A stretch of DNA of 64,000 bases from Nitrospinales bacterium (GTDB lineage: Bacteria; Nitrospinota; Nitrospinia; Nitrospinales; VA-1). How positions within the stretch are numbered: the first letter of the stretch is position 1; every line of letters starts with the position of its first letter. Shown here in pieces: positions 10,653 through 23,199 of this stretch. The notes beneath the pieces were generated by a model. The model was given only the letters and a program-made list of their open reading frames with translations. It did not search any database and was not told the origin of the DNA. Position numbers and translations under genes: made by a program. The stretch spans positions 960,001-1,024,000 of the forward strand of contig CBDCWG010000012.1 of NCBI GenBank assembly GCA_965223345.1, given 5' to 3'.

Positions 10653-11465
10653 ATGAGCGGGAAATTCGTTTCTGGTGCGAAAACCGGTGCGTGGCTTTGG
10701 CTGATTCTGGCAGCCTGGACCTTCGCCCTGCCGCAGACGGCGGCTGCCGGGATCTACAAATGGAAGGACGAGACGGGCCGGGTGCATTTCACCGACAGCC
10801 TGCAGAAGATCCCAGAAAAATACCGCAAAGGCACCAAAGTCAAAAAAATGAAAATGCGGCCTCTGCCCGCTCCGCCGGTGAAACCGATGCCGCAGGCGAA
10901 TGAGGGACAGGGCGACGCGTCCGGTTCCGCCGACTCGCAAAACGCCCCCGGTGCGGCAGCGTCAGAAGGGGATGCGAAAATGATGCAGGAGACGATCGCC
11001 TTTCTCAATCAGGACATCGAGCGTTACAAAAAGTATGAGGACTATGTGCCGCAGCGCCGCAGCGCGCTCATGCTGAGAAATGAAATCGTCGGCGCGCTGC
11101 CCGCCAAGGAAGCGTTGCTGGAAAAACTCAAGACATCCGAATCGGCGTCGCTGAAAGCCGCGCAGGCCTTTTTGAAGGCCAGCATCGCGAAAGACTTGGA
11201 GGCGAAAAAGCAGGAATATCCCAAACGGCTGGTGTTCATCGGTGAGCGCACCCGCATCAACGCGGAAAAAATTCAGAAAGCCGCCTTGATCGAACAGTTG
11301 CAATCCGAAATGAAGACCGCGGCAGCCGCCGGCCCGGCCGCAGCGCCGCCCGTCGCGCCCGGTCCCGATACCAACAGCGATCCGGTTCCGGCGCCCGCTT
11401 CTTCTCCCATTCCCGCGTCGGCGCCGCCCGAACCGGAAGGCTCGCAATCCAAAAGCGGCTATTGA
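10653..11465 (+). CDS. Secreted DUF4124-domain protein
   Basis: Signal peptide then 'IYKWKDETGRVHFTD'; RBS GGAGGAG; Pro/Ala-rich tail. Confidence 0.8.
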   Translation: MSGKFVSGAKTGAWLWLILAAWTFALPQTAAAGIYKWKDETGRVHFTDSLQKIPEKYRKGTKVKKMKMRPLPAPPVKPMPQANEGQGDASGSADSQNAPGAAASEGDAKMMQETIAFLNQDIERYKKYEDYVPQRRSALMLRNEIVGALPAKEALLEKLKTSESASLKAAQAFLKASIAKDLEAKKQEYPKRLVFIGERTRINAEKIQKAALIEQLQSEMKTAAAAGPAAAPPVAPGPDTNSDPVPAPASSPIPASAPPEPEGSQSKSGY

Positions 11466-11522
11466 TCTTGAGAAGGCGCACCGCCTTTCTCTTGCCATTT
11501 CCGGCCGCCCGGCTTTAAAATG

Positions 11523-11552
11523 AACCGGCCCCCTGCGGGGCCGGTTTTTTTT
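11523..11552 (+). terminator. Rho-independent terminator
   Basis: Stem AACCGGCCCC/GGGGCCGGTT, 4-nt loop, T-run. Confidence 0.75.
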
Positions 11553-11582
11553 CCTCCTTCAACCCTTCCTTCTTCAACTCCT

Positions 11583-12938
11583 ATGACTTCCCTGAACCAG
11601 TTTCTTGCAGACTTCAGCGGTCTCGTGTGGGGGCCCTGGCTCATGATCCTCCTGGTGGGAACCGGCATTTATCTCACGGTCCGCCTGCGTGGCATTCAGT
11701 TTCGTCAACTCGGCTACGCGCTGCGGCTCACCTTTGCGAAAGAGCGCGACGGCGATGGCGACATCTCCCACCTCGGCGCGTTGATGACGGCGCTCGCGTC
11801 CACCATCGGCGTCGGCAACATCGCCGGCGTGAGCAAGGCGGTGGCGGTGGGCGGGCCGGGGGCGGTGTTCTGGATGTGGATCACCGCCGTATTCGGGATG
11901 GCGACCAAGTACAGCGAGGGGTTTCTGGCGGTCAAATACCGCAAGGTCAACGCCGATGGAAAGATCTCCGGCGGCCCCATGCATTACATCCAACAGGGCC
12001 TGGGAAAAAAATGGCTCGCCCTGTGTTTTGCTTTTTTCGGCGCCATCGCGGCGTTTGGCATCGGCAACATGGCGCAGGCCAACACCACGTCCCAGGCGCT
12101 GGCGGAGTTCGGACTCGATTCCTTTTGGGTGGGCGTGTGCCTCGCCTTTTTGACGGCGCTGGTGGTTCTGGGCGGCATCCGGCGCATCGCGCAGGTGTCG
12201 GTGTTTCTGGTTCCCGCTCTGGTGCTGCTCTATTTCGGCGGGGCCTTGATCGTGATATTGAGAAATTTCTCGCGGGTGGGGCCGGGGCTCGCGGCCATCT
12301 TCAGGCAGGCGTTCACCGGCACCGCGGTGGTCGGCGGGTTTGCCGGCGCGACGCTGTCGCAGACGCTGCAATCCGGGGTATCGCGCGGCCTGTTCTCCAA
12401 CGAATCGGGACTCGGCAGCGCGCCCATCGCCGCTGCCGCCGCGAAGACGAACCAGCCCGGCAAGCAGGCGCTGGTGTCGATGACCGGCACCTTTCTCGAC
12501 ACGCTGGTGGTGTGTTCTTTCACCGCGATGGTGCTGGCGGCCACCGGTGTGTGGGAATCCGGGGCAACGGGGGTGGCGCTCACCATACAGGCGTTTTCCG
12601 CCGGACTGCCGGGGGATTGGGGCAAATGGATCGTGACCGTGAGCGTGGTGAATTTCGCGTTTTCCACCATCCTCGGCTGGAGTTATTACGGGGAAAAATG
12701 CGTGGAGTTCATCGCCGGGCTGAAAGCGGTGACGCCCTATCGCATCTTGTGGGTGGCCTTTGTGCTGATCGGGGCGGTGTACTCGCTGGAGCCGGTGTGG
12801 AATTTCTCCGATGCCCTGAACGGTCTGATGGCGGTGCCCAACCTGATCGGGCTTCTGCTGTTGAGCGGTGTGCTGTCGCGCGAAACGCGCGCGTTTGAAA
12901 GCGGCGTGGCGAACGGCAGGATCGACAAATACGATTGA
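11583..12938 (+). CDS. Alanine/glycine:cation symporter (AGCS family)
   Basis: 'TIGVGNIAGV', 'GGPGAVFWMW', 'RGLFSNESGLGSAP', 'NGLMAVPNLI'. Confidence 0.95.
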   Translation: MTSLNQFLADFSGLVWGPWLMILLVGTGIYLTVRLRGIQFRQLGYALRLTFAKERDGDGDISHLGALMTALASTIGVGNIAGVSKAVAVGGPGAVFWMWITAVFGMATKYSEGFLAVKYRKVNADGKISGGPMHYIQQGLGKKWLALCFAFFGAIAAFGIGNMAQANTTSQALAEFGLDSFWVGVCLAFLTALVVLGGIRRIAQVSVFLVPALVLLYFGGALIVILRNFSRVGPGLAAIFRQAFTGTAVVGGFAGATLSQTLQSGVSRGLFSNESGLGSAPIAAAAAKTNQPGKQALVSMTGTFLDTLVVCSFTAMVLAATGVWESGATGVALTIQAFSAGLPGDWGKWIVTVSVVNFAFSTILGWSYYGEKCVEFIAGLKAVTPYRILWVAFVLIGAVYSLEPVWNFSDALNGLMAVPNLIGLLLLSGVLSRETRAFESGVANGRIDKYD

Positions 12939-13033
12939 CGCAGCGCCCGCAGCGGCGCGTTTCTTTTTTTGGCAAATGCGCTCGCGTGTGTTACAAGGAG
13001 GAATACCCACGCAACGCAGGAGCGAGAAAACGT

Positions 13034-13438
13034 ATGCCGTTTTGCCCCAAATGCGAATCCGAGTTTCGTCCGGAATTCAGCCTCTGCCCGGAATGCAAAG
13101 TCCGGCTGGTGGACAGCCTGCCCGGCGAGGACAATGAAATCGAAGAGCTGGATGTCGTGGTCACGGTGACGCAGGAACCGGACGCCTACATCCTGCAGGG
13201 GTTTCTGGAAAACGAGGGGATTCCCTGCGTCCTGGAAAATGTTTCCTTCCACGCCAGCCCGGCGCCTGCCGGGGAGCTCACGAAAGTGCGCCTGTGGGCC
13301 AAGAAGACGGACGTGCAGAAAGCCCGGGCGTTGATCCGGGAACACGAACGATTCCCCACCTGCTCCTCCTGCCACCATGTGGTGCTGGCTCAGGACACGG
13401 TTTGCGATTTCTGCGGCGAACCCCTGGAAGCCTCCTGA
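13034..13438 (+). CDS. DUF2007-like signal-transducing protein with N- and C-terminal zinc ribbons
   Basis: 'MPFCPKC...CPEC', 'LQGFLENEGIP', 'CSSC...CDFCG'. Confidence 0.7.
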   Translation: MPFCPKCESEFRPEFSLCPECKVRLVDSLPGEDNEIEELDVVVTVTQEPDAYILQGFLENEGIPCVLENVSFHASPAPAGELTKVRLWAKKTDVQKARALIREHERFPTCSSCHHVVLAQDTVCDFCGEPLEAS

Positions 13439-13469
13439 ACTCCCGCCCGCAACCTCCCATCGCAAACGT

Positions 13470-14171
13470 TCAGTTCACAAAACGGAATTTGAAAATGTAC
13501 CAGAGGGCGGCGATGCCGTCTTTCCAGGTGATCTTCTTGCCTTCGGAATAGTCCCGGCCGCTGTAGGAGATCGGCACTTCGTAAACCCGGAATTTTTTCT
13601 TGGAAATTTTGCTGGTGATCTCGGGTTCGAACCCGAAGCGGTCGCATTTTAATGAAATGGAATCGATCACTCTGCGGGTGAAAACCTTGTAGCCGGTTTC
13701 CATGTCGGTGAGGTTGAGGTTGGTCAGCATGTTGGACAGCGTCGTCAAAACCTTGTTGCCGACGTAATGCCAGTAAAACAGCACGCGGTGGGGGCCGCCG
13801 AGAAAGCGCGACCCGAACACCACATCGGCGCGGCCGTCGAGAACGGGCTCGAGCAGCGCGGTGTAATCCCGGGGGTCGTATTCCAGGTCCGCATCCTGCA
13901 CGATGACGACGTCCCCCGAGACCTGCGAAAAGCCGGTGCGCAGCGCCGCCCCTTTGCCGCGGTTTTTTTCGTGATAGCGGACGACGAAGCCTTCCCGGTT
14001 TTCGAACTCCTTGAGGATCTTCCGGCTGTCGTCGGTGGACCCGTCGTCGATCAGGATGATTTCCTTGTCGAGTGGGGTGGCTTCCACCTTGCGGACGATC
14101 TCGCGCAGTGTGGCCTGTTCGTTGTAGACGGGGATGACGATCGATATCTTCACAGGATGCGGGGCGGTCAC
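13470..14171 (-). CDS. Glycosyltransferase family 2 (DPM1-like polyprenol-phosphate glycosyltransferase)
   Basis: 'IPVYNE', 'DDGSTD', 'QDADLEYDP', 'TDMETGYK', 'EGKKITWKDG'. Confidence 0.92.
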   Translation of the reverse strand: MTAPHPVKISIVIPVYNEQATLREIVRKVEATPLDKEIILIDDGSTDDSRKILKEFENREGFVVRYHEKNRGKGAALRTGFSQVSGDVVIVQDADLEYDPRDYTALLEPVLDGRADVVFGSRFLGGPHRVLFYWHYVGNKVLTTLSNMLTNLNLTDMETGYKVFTRRVIDSISLKCDRFGFEPEITSKISKKKFRVYEVPISYSGRDYSEGKKITWKDGIAALWYIFKFRFVN

Positions 14172-14379
14172 AATGGGTGTGCGATGAGGACGGCCATTCC
14201 GGTGGAGATCCTGACAAGAGCTGTCCGGTGGAGGCGGATTCTCCTGGAGTCAAGCCGCTGACGTTTCCAGTCGATTGCGTTTTTGCAATCGCAATCCACG
14301 CAAGTGTAAGTCAACGCGAAAAAAAAGTCTAAAAATTTTTTAACGGAAACTGCCGCGGCGAAAAAGTGGAAGGCCGGGT

Positions 14380-14868
14380 TTATTTAAAGGCGATGTTGTG
14401 CGCGCGCAGGCTGTCGATGAGTTTTTCTGCAATCACGCCGGTCAACAGGCCCGACACCAGTGCCAGCGTGAGGAACAGCGGCAGGAGGTTGAGGAAGGCG
14501 GGCTCGCGGATGAACACGGCGAACACGCACAGTGCGATGGCCAGGGTATGCGCGTACGCGCCGGACACGCTGACGCCGATCAGGCTGAAGGGGCCGCTGC
14601 CGTTGCGGTAGACCCACGCCATCAGGATGACGGCGCTCAGACCGCCCGCCAGGCTGAGAAAAAACGTCGGGCCGAGAAACGTCCCTCCCACCACCGATCC
14701 GAGGATCACCCGCAGGGCGGTGACGATCACGGCTTCCTTGAAACCGAGAAACACCAGCGCGGCGAGGGTCATGACGTTGGCGAGCCCCAGTTTGATCCAG
14801 GGCGAGGGGAGGGGCAGCAGGGCCTCCACCCGGTGCAGGATCACACCCAGCGCCACCAGAAACGCCAT
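14380..14868 (-). CDS. Gx transporter family (heptaprenyl diphosphate synthase component I-like) membrane protein
   Basis: 'PWIKLGLAN', 'SLAGG', 'SLIGVSV.GA..H'; start uncertain. Confidence 0.75.
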   Translation of the reverse strand: MAFLVALGVILHRVEALLPLPSPWIKLGLANVMTLAALVFLGFKEAVIVTALRVILGSVVGGTFLGPTFFLSLAGGLSAVILMAWVYRNGSGPFSLIGVSVSGAYAHTLAIALCVFAVFIREPAFLNLLPLFLTLALVSGLLTGVIAEKLIDSLRAHNIAFK

Positions 14869-14929
14869 CGACAGAAGCCGTCGTTCCGGTCGCGCAAACG
14901 CGTGGTGAGATGCGGGATGCCCGGCATGC

Positions 14930-17395
<2,466 letters not shown>

Positions 17396-17417
17396 GGCTG
17401 GACCAATTAGTTCGAGT

Positions 17418-18353
17418 TTACGCCATCAGTTGTTTCAGGTGGATGAGCACGGAGTCGCTCAGATCGTCGGGGTTGTAGCCGCCTTCGAGCATGGAAATAA
17501 GGCGTCCCCCGCAGATCTCTCCCGCTGCCTGTTTGATGCGTTCCGTCATCTTACCATAGCCTTCGGTGCTTACCTCCATATTCGCGAGCGGGTCGTTGCG
17601 GTGGGCGTCGAAGCCCGCGGAGATGATGATGAGATCGGGCTTGTAGCGGATCATTTCCGGGATCAGCTTGTTCTCGACCAGATCGAGATAGACCTTGTCG
17701 CCGCAGTAGGCGTTTAAGGGAAAGTTGAGCGTCGTGCCCAGGCCGTCCCCGGTGCCGGTTTCGTCCGCGTCTCCGGTGCCGGGATAAAATGGATACTGGT
17801 GGACGCTGGAATAGTAGACGGACGCGTCGCCGTAAAACGAATGCTGGGTTCCGTTGCCGTGATGCACGTCCCAGTCGAAGATGAACACGCGGTTCAGTTT
17901 TTTCTGCTGGATCGCGTAACGGGCGGCGACCGCCACATTGTTGAACAGGCAAAACCCCATCGCGCGCCGCTGTTCGGCGTGGTGTCCGGGCGGCCGCACA
18001 GCGCAGAACGCGTTGCGGTTGTCTTCCTCCAGCACCCAGTCCACCGCGTTCATGCCCGCACCGGCGGCGAGCAGAGCCGCTTCGTAGGACAGGTCGCTCA
18101 CCACGGTGTCCGCATCCAACTGCCGCAGACCCTGCTCGCAGGCTTTTTGCACTTCCGCGACGTAGCCGGAATCGTGGTTGCGGCTGATGTCTTCCGGGCT
18201 GGCTTTGCTGGGTTCTAAAACGGCGAGGTGGGGGTAGATTTCGGAGTCTTTCACCTTGGCGTCGATGGCGCGAAGCCGGCCGGGGTTTTCCGGGTGCGGT
18301 TCGGTATCGTGCTTGAGGTAGAGGGGGTTGTAAAAGTACGCGGTCTGGTTCAC
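17418..18353 (-). CDS. Histone deacetylase family (Zn-dependent) deacylase
   Basis: 'HPENPGRL', 'RPPGHHA', 'GFCLFNN', 'DWDVHHGNGT', 'LEGGY'; GTG start with GAAGGGG RBS. Confidence 0.93.
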   Translation of the reverse strand: MNQTAYFYNPLYLKHDTEPHPENPGRLRAIDAKVKDSEIYPHLAVLEPSKASPEDISRNHDSGYVAEVQKACEQGLRQLDADTVVSDLSYEAALLAAGAGMNAVDWVLEEDNRNAFCAVRPPGHHAEQRRAMGFCLFNNVAVAARYAIQQKKLNRVFIFDWDVHHGNGTQHSFYGDASVYYSSVHQYPFYPGTGDADETGTGDGLGTTLNFPLNAYCGDKVYLDLVENKLIPEMIRYKPDLIIISAGFDAHRNDPLANMEVSTEGYGKMTERIKQAAGEICGGRLISMLEGGYNPDDLSDSVLIHLKQLMA

Positions 18354-18548
18354 TCGATGCCCCTTCCGTTTGAGGATACATCCGGAAATTCCGCCCGCAG
18401 AAGACGGAAGCGATGGCTTGTGCCGCGCGCCCGGCCAGACGCAGCCGGTGCGGTTTGCCGCCGGGCAAACGGGCTGAAGCCTTTGTTTCAATGCAATTTG
18501 ATGAGAGAATAACAAAAACCCCCTGCAGGAGCAACCGGATCGGATTTC

Positions 18549-19715
18549 ATGACGGCCTCGGCGACAGATGAAAAACTCAAAGCGCTCCGGCAAAAGGCGT
18601 TGGCGCTCGGGTTCGACGGATTCGGCGTCACCGCGCCTCAGATGCCGGATGCGGTGCGCAATTACCAGCGCTGGATCGAGCTGGGCTATGAAGGGGAGAT
18701 GGCCTACATGGCGCGCTGGCGGGAAAAGCGCTCGGACATGAACTTAGTGCTCGAAGGCGTGAAAAGCGTGGTCTGCCTGCGCACGGACTACCTCACGGCG
18801 CACAAGGACATGGGTTTTCTGGAAGAGAGGGATGTGGGCGACATCTCGCTCTACGCCCTGAACGAGGATTACCACGATGTGATCGGACCGCGGCTCAAGC
18901 AGCTGGAGCGTTTCATCCGCGAGCAGTGGGCGGGCTGCCAGACGAAAGTGTACGTGGACACCGGGCCGGTGCTGGAAAAACCGCTGGCGCAGCAAGCCGG
19001 GCTGGGCTGGATCGGCAAACACACCAACCTGCTGAGCGAGGGAATCGGCTCCTGGTATTTCCTTTCGGAAATCCTGGTGGACGTCGCGTTGACCGCCTCA
19101 GATCCGGCGCCGGACCGCTGCGGGACCTGCCAGGAATGCATCGACATCTGCCCCACAGGCGCCATCGTCGCGCCTTACGTGCTGGATTCGAGGAAATGCC
19201 TCTCCTACCTCAATATCGAGTACAAGGGGGTGATTCCACTCGAATACCGGAAGGCCATGGGCAACCGCATCTACGGCTGCGACGACTGCCAGATCGTCTG
19301 TCCCTGGAACGAGCACGCGGCGCCGGTGCCGGAAGCGGCGTTCGCCGAGCCTGTGACGACGCGCCGCCTGATCGATCTCATCGGCATGGATGATGCCGCG
19401 TTCCGCGAGCGGTTCCGCAAAAGCCCGATCAAGCGCATCAAGCGGCGCGGATTTTTGCGCAATGTGGCGGTGGCGCTGGGAAATTCCGGCAATCCGGATG
19501 CTGTGGAACCGTTGGTTCGGGTGCTCGATGACGCCGAACCGCTGATCCGGGCGCATGCGGTGTGGGCGCTGGGCGAGCTGCTGGGCGACGCGGCTGCGGC
19601 CCGGGTGCGCACGCCCCTGCAGATTGAGACGGACCCCTGGGTGCTGGCCGAAATCCGCCGGCTGGACCCCGGATTTGCGCCGGTTTCGGGCTCTCAGGCC
19701 GCCGAAGGGCAATAA
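18549..19715 (+). CDS. queG: Epoxyqueuosine reductase
   Basis: 'DYH', 'YVDTGPVLEK', two 4Fe-4S motifs 'CGTCQECIDICPT' and 'GCDDCQIVCPWN', HEAT tail. Confidence 0.95.
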   Translation: MTASATDEKLKALRQKALALGFDGFGVTAPQMPDAVRNYQRWIELGYEGEMAYMARWREKRSDMNLVLEGVKSVVCLRTDYLTAHKDMGFLEERDVGDISLYALNEDYHDVIGPRLKQLERFIREQWAGCQTKVYVDTGPVLEKPLAQQAGLGWIGKHTNLLSEGIGSWYFLSEILVDVALTASDPAPDRCGTCQECIDICPTGAIVAPYVLDSRKCLSYLNIEYKGVIPLEYRKAMGNRIYGCDDCQIVCPWNEHAAPVPEAAFAEPVTTRRLIDLIGMDDAAFRERFRKSPIKRIKRRGFLRNVAVALGNSGNPDAVEPLVRVLDDAEPLIRAHAVWALGELLGDAAAARVRTPLQIETDPWVLAEIRRLDPGFAPVSGSQAAEGQ

Positions 19716-19720
19716 AGCCG

Positions 19721-19750
19721 TTGATAATTCTCGCTTCTTGATCCTATAAT
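19721..19750 (+). promoter_or_regulatory. Putative sigma70 promoter for hemE-hemH
   Basis: TTGATA, 18 bp spacer, TATAAT. Confidence 0.5.
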
Positions 19751-19859
19751 CGAAATTCGACCCAATACGACCCACGGGACTTCGGGGGCTTTGAAGGCTC
19801 GATCTGGACCCCACGCCGCACGCACGGCGGCCGTTCCCCAATACTTTTTTGGAAAACGA

Positions 19860-20900
19860 ATGAATACGGAAGAAAACTCTCGATTTTTGAAAGCCTGCCG
19901 GGGCGAGCCGGTGGATGCGACGCCGCTCTGGTTCATGCGCCAGGCGGGCCGCTACATGAAAGCCTACCGCGACCTCAAGGCCAAGTACTCGTTTTTGGAG
20001 ATGTGCCGCACGCCGGAGCTGGCGACGGAAGTCACCATGCAGCCGATCAACGCGCTGGAAGTGGACGCGGCCATCATCTTCGCCGACATTCTGTTGCCGC
20101 TGGAACCGATGGGCACCGGGCTCGAGTTCACGGCCGGAGACGGACCGGTGGTGCCGCGACCGGTGAAGGACGCGAAAGCGGTGGAAAAACTCAAACCGGT
20201 GAACGCGGAAGAACAGCTCGGATACGTGGGCGATGCGATCCGCATGGTGCGCAGCGAATTGTCCGGCAAGGTGCCGTTGATCGGGTTCGCCGGCGCGCCG
20301 TTCACGCTGTGCAGTTATATGGTCGAGGGTGGCAAGTCGAAAGAATTCACGGCGACCAAGATGATGATGTTCGAAGCCACCGACATTTGGGAACAGCTCA
20401 TGGACAAGGTGTGCACGGTGCTGATCGACTACCTGCAGATGCAGGTGAAAGCCGGCGCGCAGGCGCTGCAGATATTCGACAGCTGGGTCGGCTGCATCAG
20501 TCCTTACGATTACGAGCGGTTCATCCTGCCGCACACGAAGCGGGTGATCACCGAACTGCAGAAAACCGGCGTTCCGGTGATCAACTTCAGCACCGGCACC
20601 TCGGCGATGGTGAACCGGGTGCACCAGGCCGGCGGCGATGTGATCAGTTTCGACTGGCGCATCGCGCTCGATGAAGCCTGGGAAAAAGTCGGTTTCGATC
20701 AGCCGGTGCAGGGCAACCTCGATCCCTCGGTGCTGTTCGCGCCGATTCCTGTGATCAAGGAGCGGGTGACGGACATCCTCAAGCGGGCCGGCGGCCGGCC
20801 GGGACATATCTTCAACCTGGGTCACGGCATTTTGCAGCACACGCCCGTGGATCATGTGAAGGCGGTCTGCGACATGGTGCACGAATACCGTCATGCGTGA
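19860..20900 (+). CDS. hemE: Uroporphyrinogen decarboxylase
   Basis: 'PLWFMRQAGRY', 'IGFAGAPFTL', 'QGNLDP', 'FNLGHG'. Confidence 0.98.
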   Translation: MNTEENSRFLKACRGEPVDATPLWFMRQAGRYMKAYRDLKAKYSFLEMCRTPELATEVTMQPINALEVDAAIIFADILLPLEPMGTGLEFTAGDGPVVPRPVKDAKAVEKLKPVNAEEQLGYVGDAIRMVRSELSGKVPLIGFAGAPFTLCSYMVEGGKSKEFTATKMMMFEATDIWEQLMDKVCTVLIDYLQMQVKAGAQALQIFDSWVGCISPYDYERFILPHTKRVITELQKTGVPVINFSTGTSAMVNRVHQAGGDVISFDWRIALDEAWEKVGFDQPVQGNLDPSVLFAPIPVIKERVTDILKRAGGRPGHIFNLGHGILQHTPVDHVKAVCDMVHEYRHA

Positions 20901-21840
20901 CGATTCCTCCAGCGTGACCGAACCTCCCACCGGAATTTTGCTGCTGGCGCACGGCGCGCCCAACTCGGTTGACGACATCCCCCTCTATCTGAAAAACATC
21001 CGCGGCGGCACCGAATCCTCGCCGGAAGTCGTGAGTCTGATCCGCGAGCGGTACCAGGCCATCGGTGGCAGCTCGCCGCTGCTCGAGATCACGCAGGCGC
21101 AGGCCGCCGCTCTGGAAAAATACATCAACCAGGACGGCGGCGGCTTCAAGGTCTATTTCGGGATGCGGAACTGGAGCCCGTACATCGAAGACGTGGTGCG
21201 TCAGATGCTTGCGGACGGGGTCCGGAAAATTCTGGTGATCTGCCTCGCGCCCCAGTACAGTAAGTGGAGCACCGAACGTTATTTTCAGTCTTTCAAGGAC
21301 GCGCTGAAAGCCTGCGGCGCGCCGGATGTGGAGGTGCGCACCGTTTCCAGCTGGTCGAACCACCCTTGCCTCATCGATGCGTTTGTGGAACGCTATCAGG
21401 AAGCGCTCTACCGGCTCCATGAGATGGGCAAGGACCGCATCTACACGATTTTCACGGTGCACAGCATTCCCGCGGCTTCTCTGGATGAGGGCGACCCCTA
21501 TGCCGAGGAATACGACCGCACTCTGCAGGGCATCGTGCAGCGGGTGCAGCCGTACCGGTGGTATCAGGCGTACCAGAGTCAGGGGATGATCCCGGTGCCC
21601 TGGCTCGGCCCGACGGTGGAGTCGGCGCTGGACAAGATCGCCCGCTACGGTCCGCGCACGGTGCTCGTGGTTCCGGTGGGGTTCGTTTCCGATCACATCG
21701 AAGTGCTTTACGACATCGATATCGAGTTCAAAAACTACGCGCGTCAACGCAAGCTGGATCTGCACCGCACCGAATCGATGAACCTCTCGCCGCGTTTCAT
21801 CGAAGCGATGGCGGCGGTGGCCTGGGAACACCTGGTGTGA
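20893..21840 (+). CDS. hemH: Ferrochelatase
   Basis: 'IGGSSPL', 'HSIP', 'GDPY', 'PWLGP', 'GFVSDHIEVLYDID'. Confidence 0.95.
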   Translation: MRDDSSSVTEPPTGILLLAHGAPNSVDDIPLYLKNIRGGTESSPEVVSLIRERYQAIGGSSPLLEITQAQAAALEKYINQDGGGFKVYFGMRNWSPYIEDVVRQMLADGVRKILVICLAPQYSKWSTERYFQSFKDALKACGAPDVEVRTVSSWSNHPCLIDAFVERYQEALYRLHEMGKDRIYTIFTVHSIPAASLDEGDPYAEEYDRTLQGIVQRVQPYRWYQAYQSQGMIPVPWLGPTVESALDKIARYGPRTVLVVPVGFVSDHIEVLYDIDIEFKNYARQRKLDLHRTESMNLSPRFIEAMAAVAWEHLV

Positions 21841-21982
21841 GCGCCGCGCCGGAATCCGCAACAGGGCTGGGTTTCCGGGCAGGGAATTAAAAAAATTTAA
21901 TGCTGCATTAATCCTTTTTTCAATTTGGTTTTTTTAATCTGTTGGCGACCTGCAAATTGAATCGTGAAAAGGAACCTGGATT

Positions 21983-23101
21983 ATGTTAAAAGCAAACTGG
22001 CTTAAAACAGGAACGATCGCTGCGTTCGCAGGGATGCTGATTTTGGCGGGGACGGCGACGCCCCTGTTTTCGCAAACAAAAAATCTCTGGACGGAGCAAC
22101 GGGATCCCTCGCCGTCCGAAAAAGTGATCATCGGCGGCGACCTGTTCAGCCGTCTGGCGGAAAAGCTCAGTCCGACGGTCGTCAACGTGCGGTCGTTGAA
22201 ACAGGTGGACCCGCGCATCGCGGACTATCCGTTCCGCACAACGCCCGGCCCGAATCAACCCCCCTCCTACCAGCAGCGGGGAGAAGGGTCCGGCTTCATC
22301 ATCAACAAGGACGGGTACATCCTGACCAACGCACACGTGGTGCTGGGATCGGATCAGGTGCAGGTGGCCCTGTCCGACGGCAAGCTGTTTGCCGGAAAAC
22401 CGGTGGGCATCGATGTGGAAACCGACATCGCGTTGATCAAGATCGATTCGCCGACCCCGCTGCCGGTGCTGCCTTTGGGCAGTTCGGAAAAGCTGAAACC
22501 GGGTGAATGGGTGATGGCGATCGGCAGTCCGTTCGGTTTCGATCTGACCGTGACCGCCGGCATCGTGAGCGGCAAAGGGCGTTCCCTCGGGTCGAACCCG
22601 TTCGACGATTACATCCAGACCGACACGCCGATCAATCCGGGCAACAGCGGCGGGCCGTTGATCAACACGCGCGGGGAAGCGGTGGGCATCAACACGGCGG
22701 TCCTGGCGCAGGGTCAGGGACTGGGCTTCTCGGTGCCCATCGACCTGGTGAAAAAGCTCATACCGCAACTCAGGGAAAAGGGCTATGTGGTGCGCAGCTG
22801 GCTGGGCGTGAACGTGCAGGACGTGACGCTCGCCATCAAGGATGCGCTCAAACTCAAGGTCGATCAGGGCTCCTTCGTGGTGGAGGTGGTGGCGCAGGGT
22901 CCGGCGTACGCGGCGGGCATTCAGGCGAACGACGTGATCGTCGAGTTCGACGGCCACCCGATCAAGACCTCCCGCGACCTGCCCAAACTGATCGCGCATT
23001 CTCCGCCGGGCAAGCTGGTTCCCCTGAAACTGATGCGCGGCGGCAAACTCGTCGAGCTCAAGGTCAAGCTGCAGGAGATGCCCCGCCGGGGCCGGCCGTA
23101 A
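21983..23101 (+). CDS. HtrA/DegP-family periplasmic serine protease with one PDZ domain
   Basis: Signal peptide, 'TNAHV', 'DIALIK', 'INPGNSGGPL', PDZ 'WLGV'. Confidence 0.93.
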   Translation: MLKANWLKTGTIAAFAGMLILAGTATPLFSQTKNLWTEQRDPSPSEKVIIGGDLFSRLAEKLSPTVVNVRSLKQVDPRIADYPFRTTPGPNQPPSYQQRGEGSGFIINKDGYILTNAHVVLGSDQVQVALSDGKLFAGKPVGIDVETDIALIKIDSPTPLPVLPLGSSEKLKPGEWVMAIGSPFGFDLTVTAGIVSGKGRSLGSNPFDDYIQTDTPINPGNSGGPLINTRGEAVGINTAVLAQGQGLGFSVPIDLVKKLIPQLREKGYVVRSWLGVNVQDVTLAIKDALKLKVDQGSFVVEVVAQGPAYAAGIQANDVIVEFDGHPIKTSRDLPKLIAHSPPGKLVPLKLMRGGKLVELKVKLQEMPRRGRP

Positions 23102-23199
23102 CACCTCTTAAATTCAAAGCAAGCGGAATCCACTCCGGTTTCCACCGGTGTGTTCCGCTCGTTCGCCTTCAACCCTTTCATTCCTGACACACTCAATCC

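Noticed and set aside
11466..11582. Glycine riboswitch ahead of the AGCS symporter
   Set aside because: Intergenic space too short and no aptamer motifs; only a terminator hairpin
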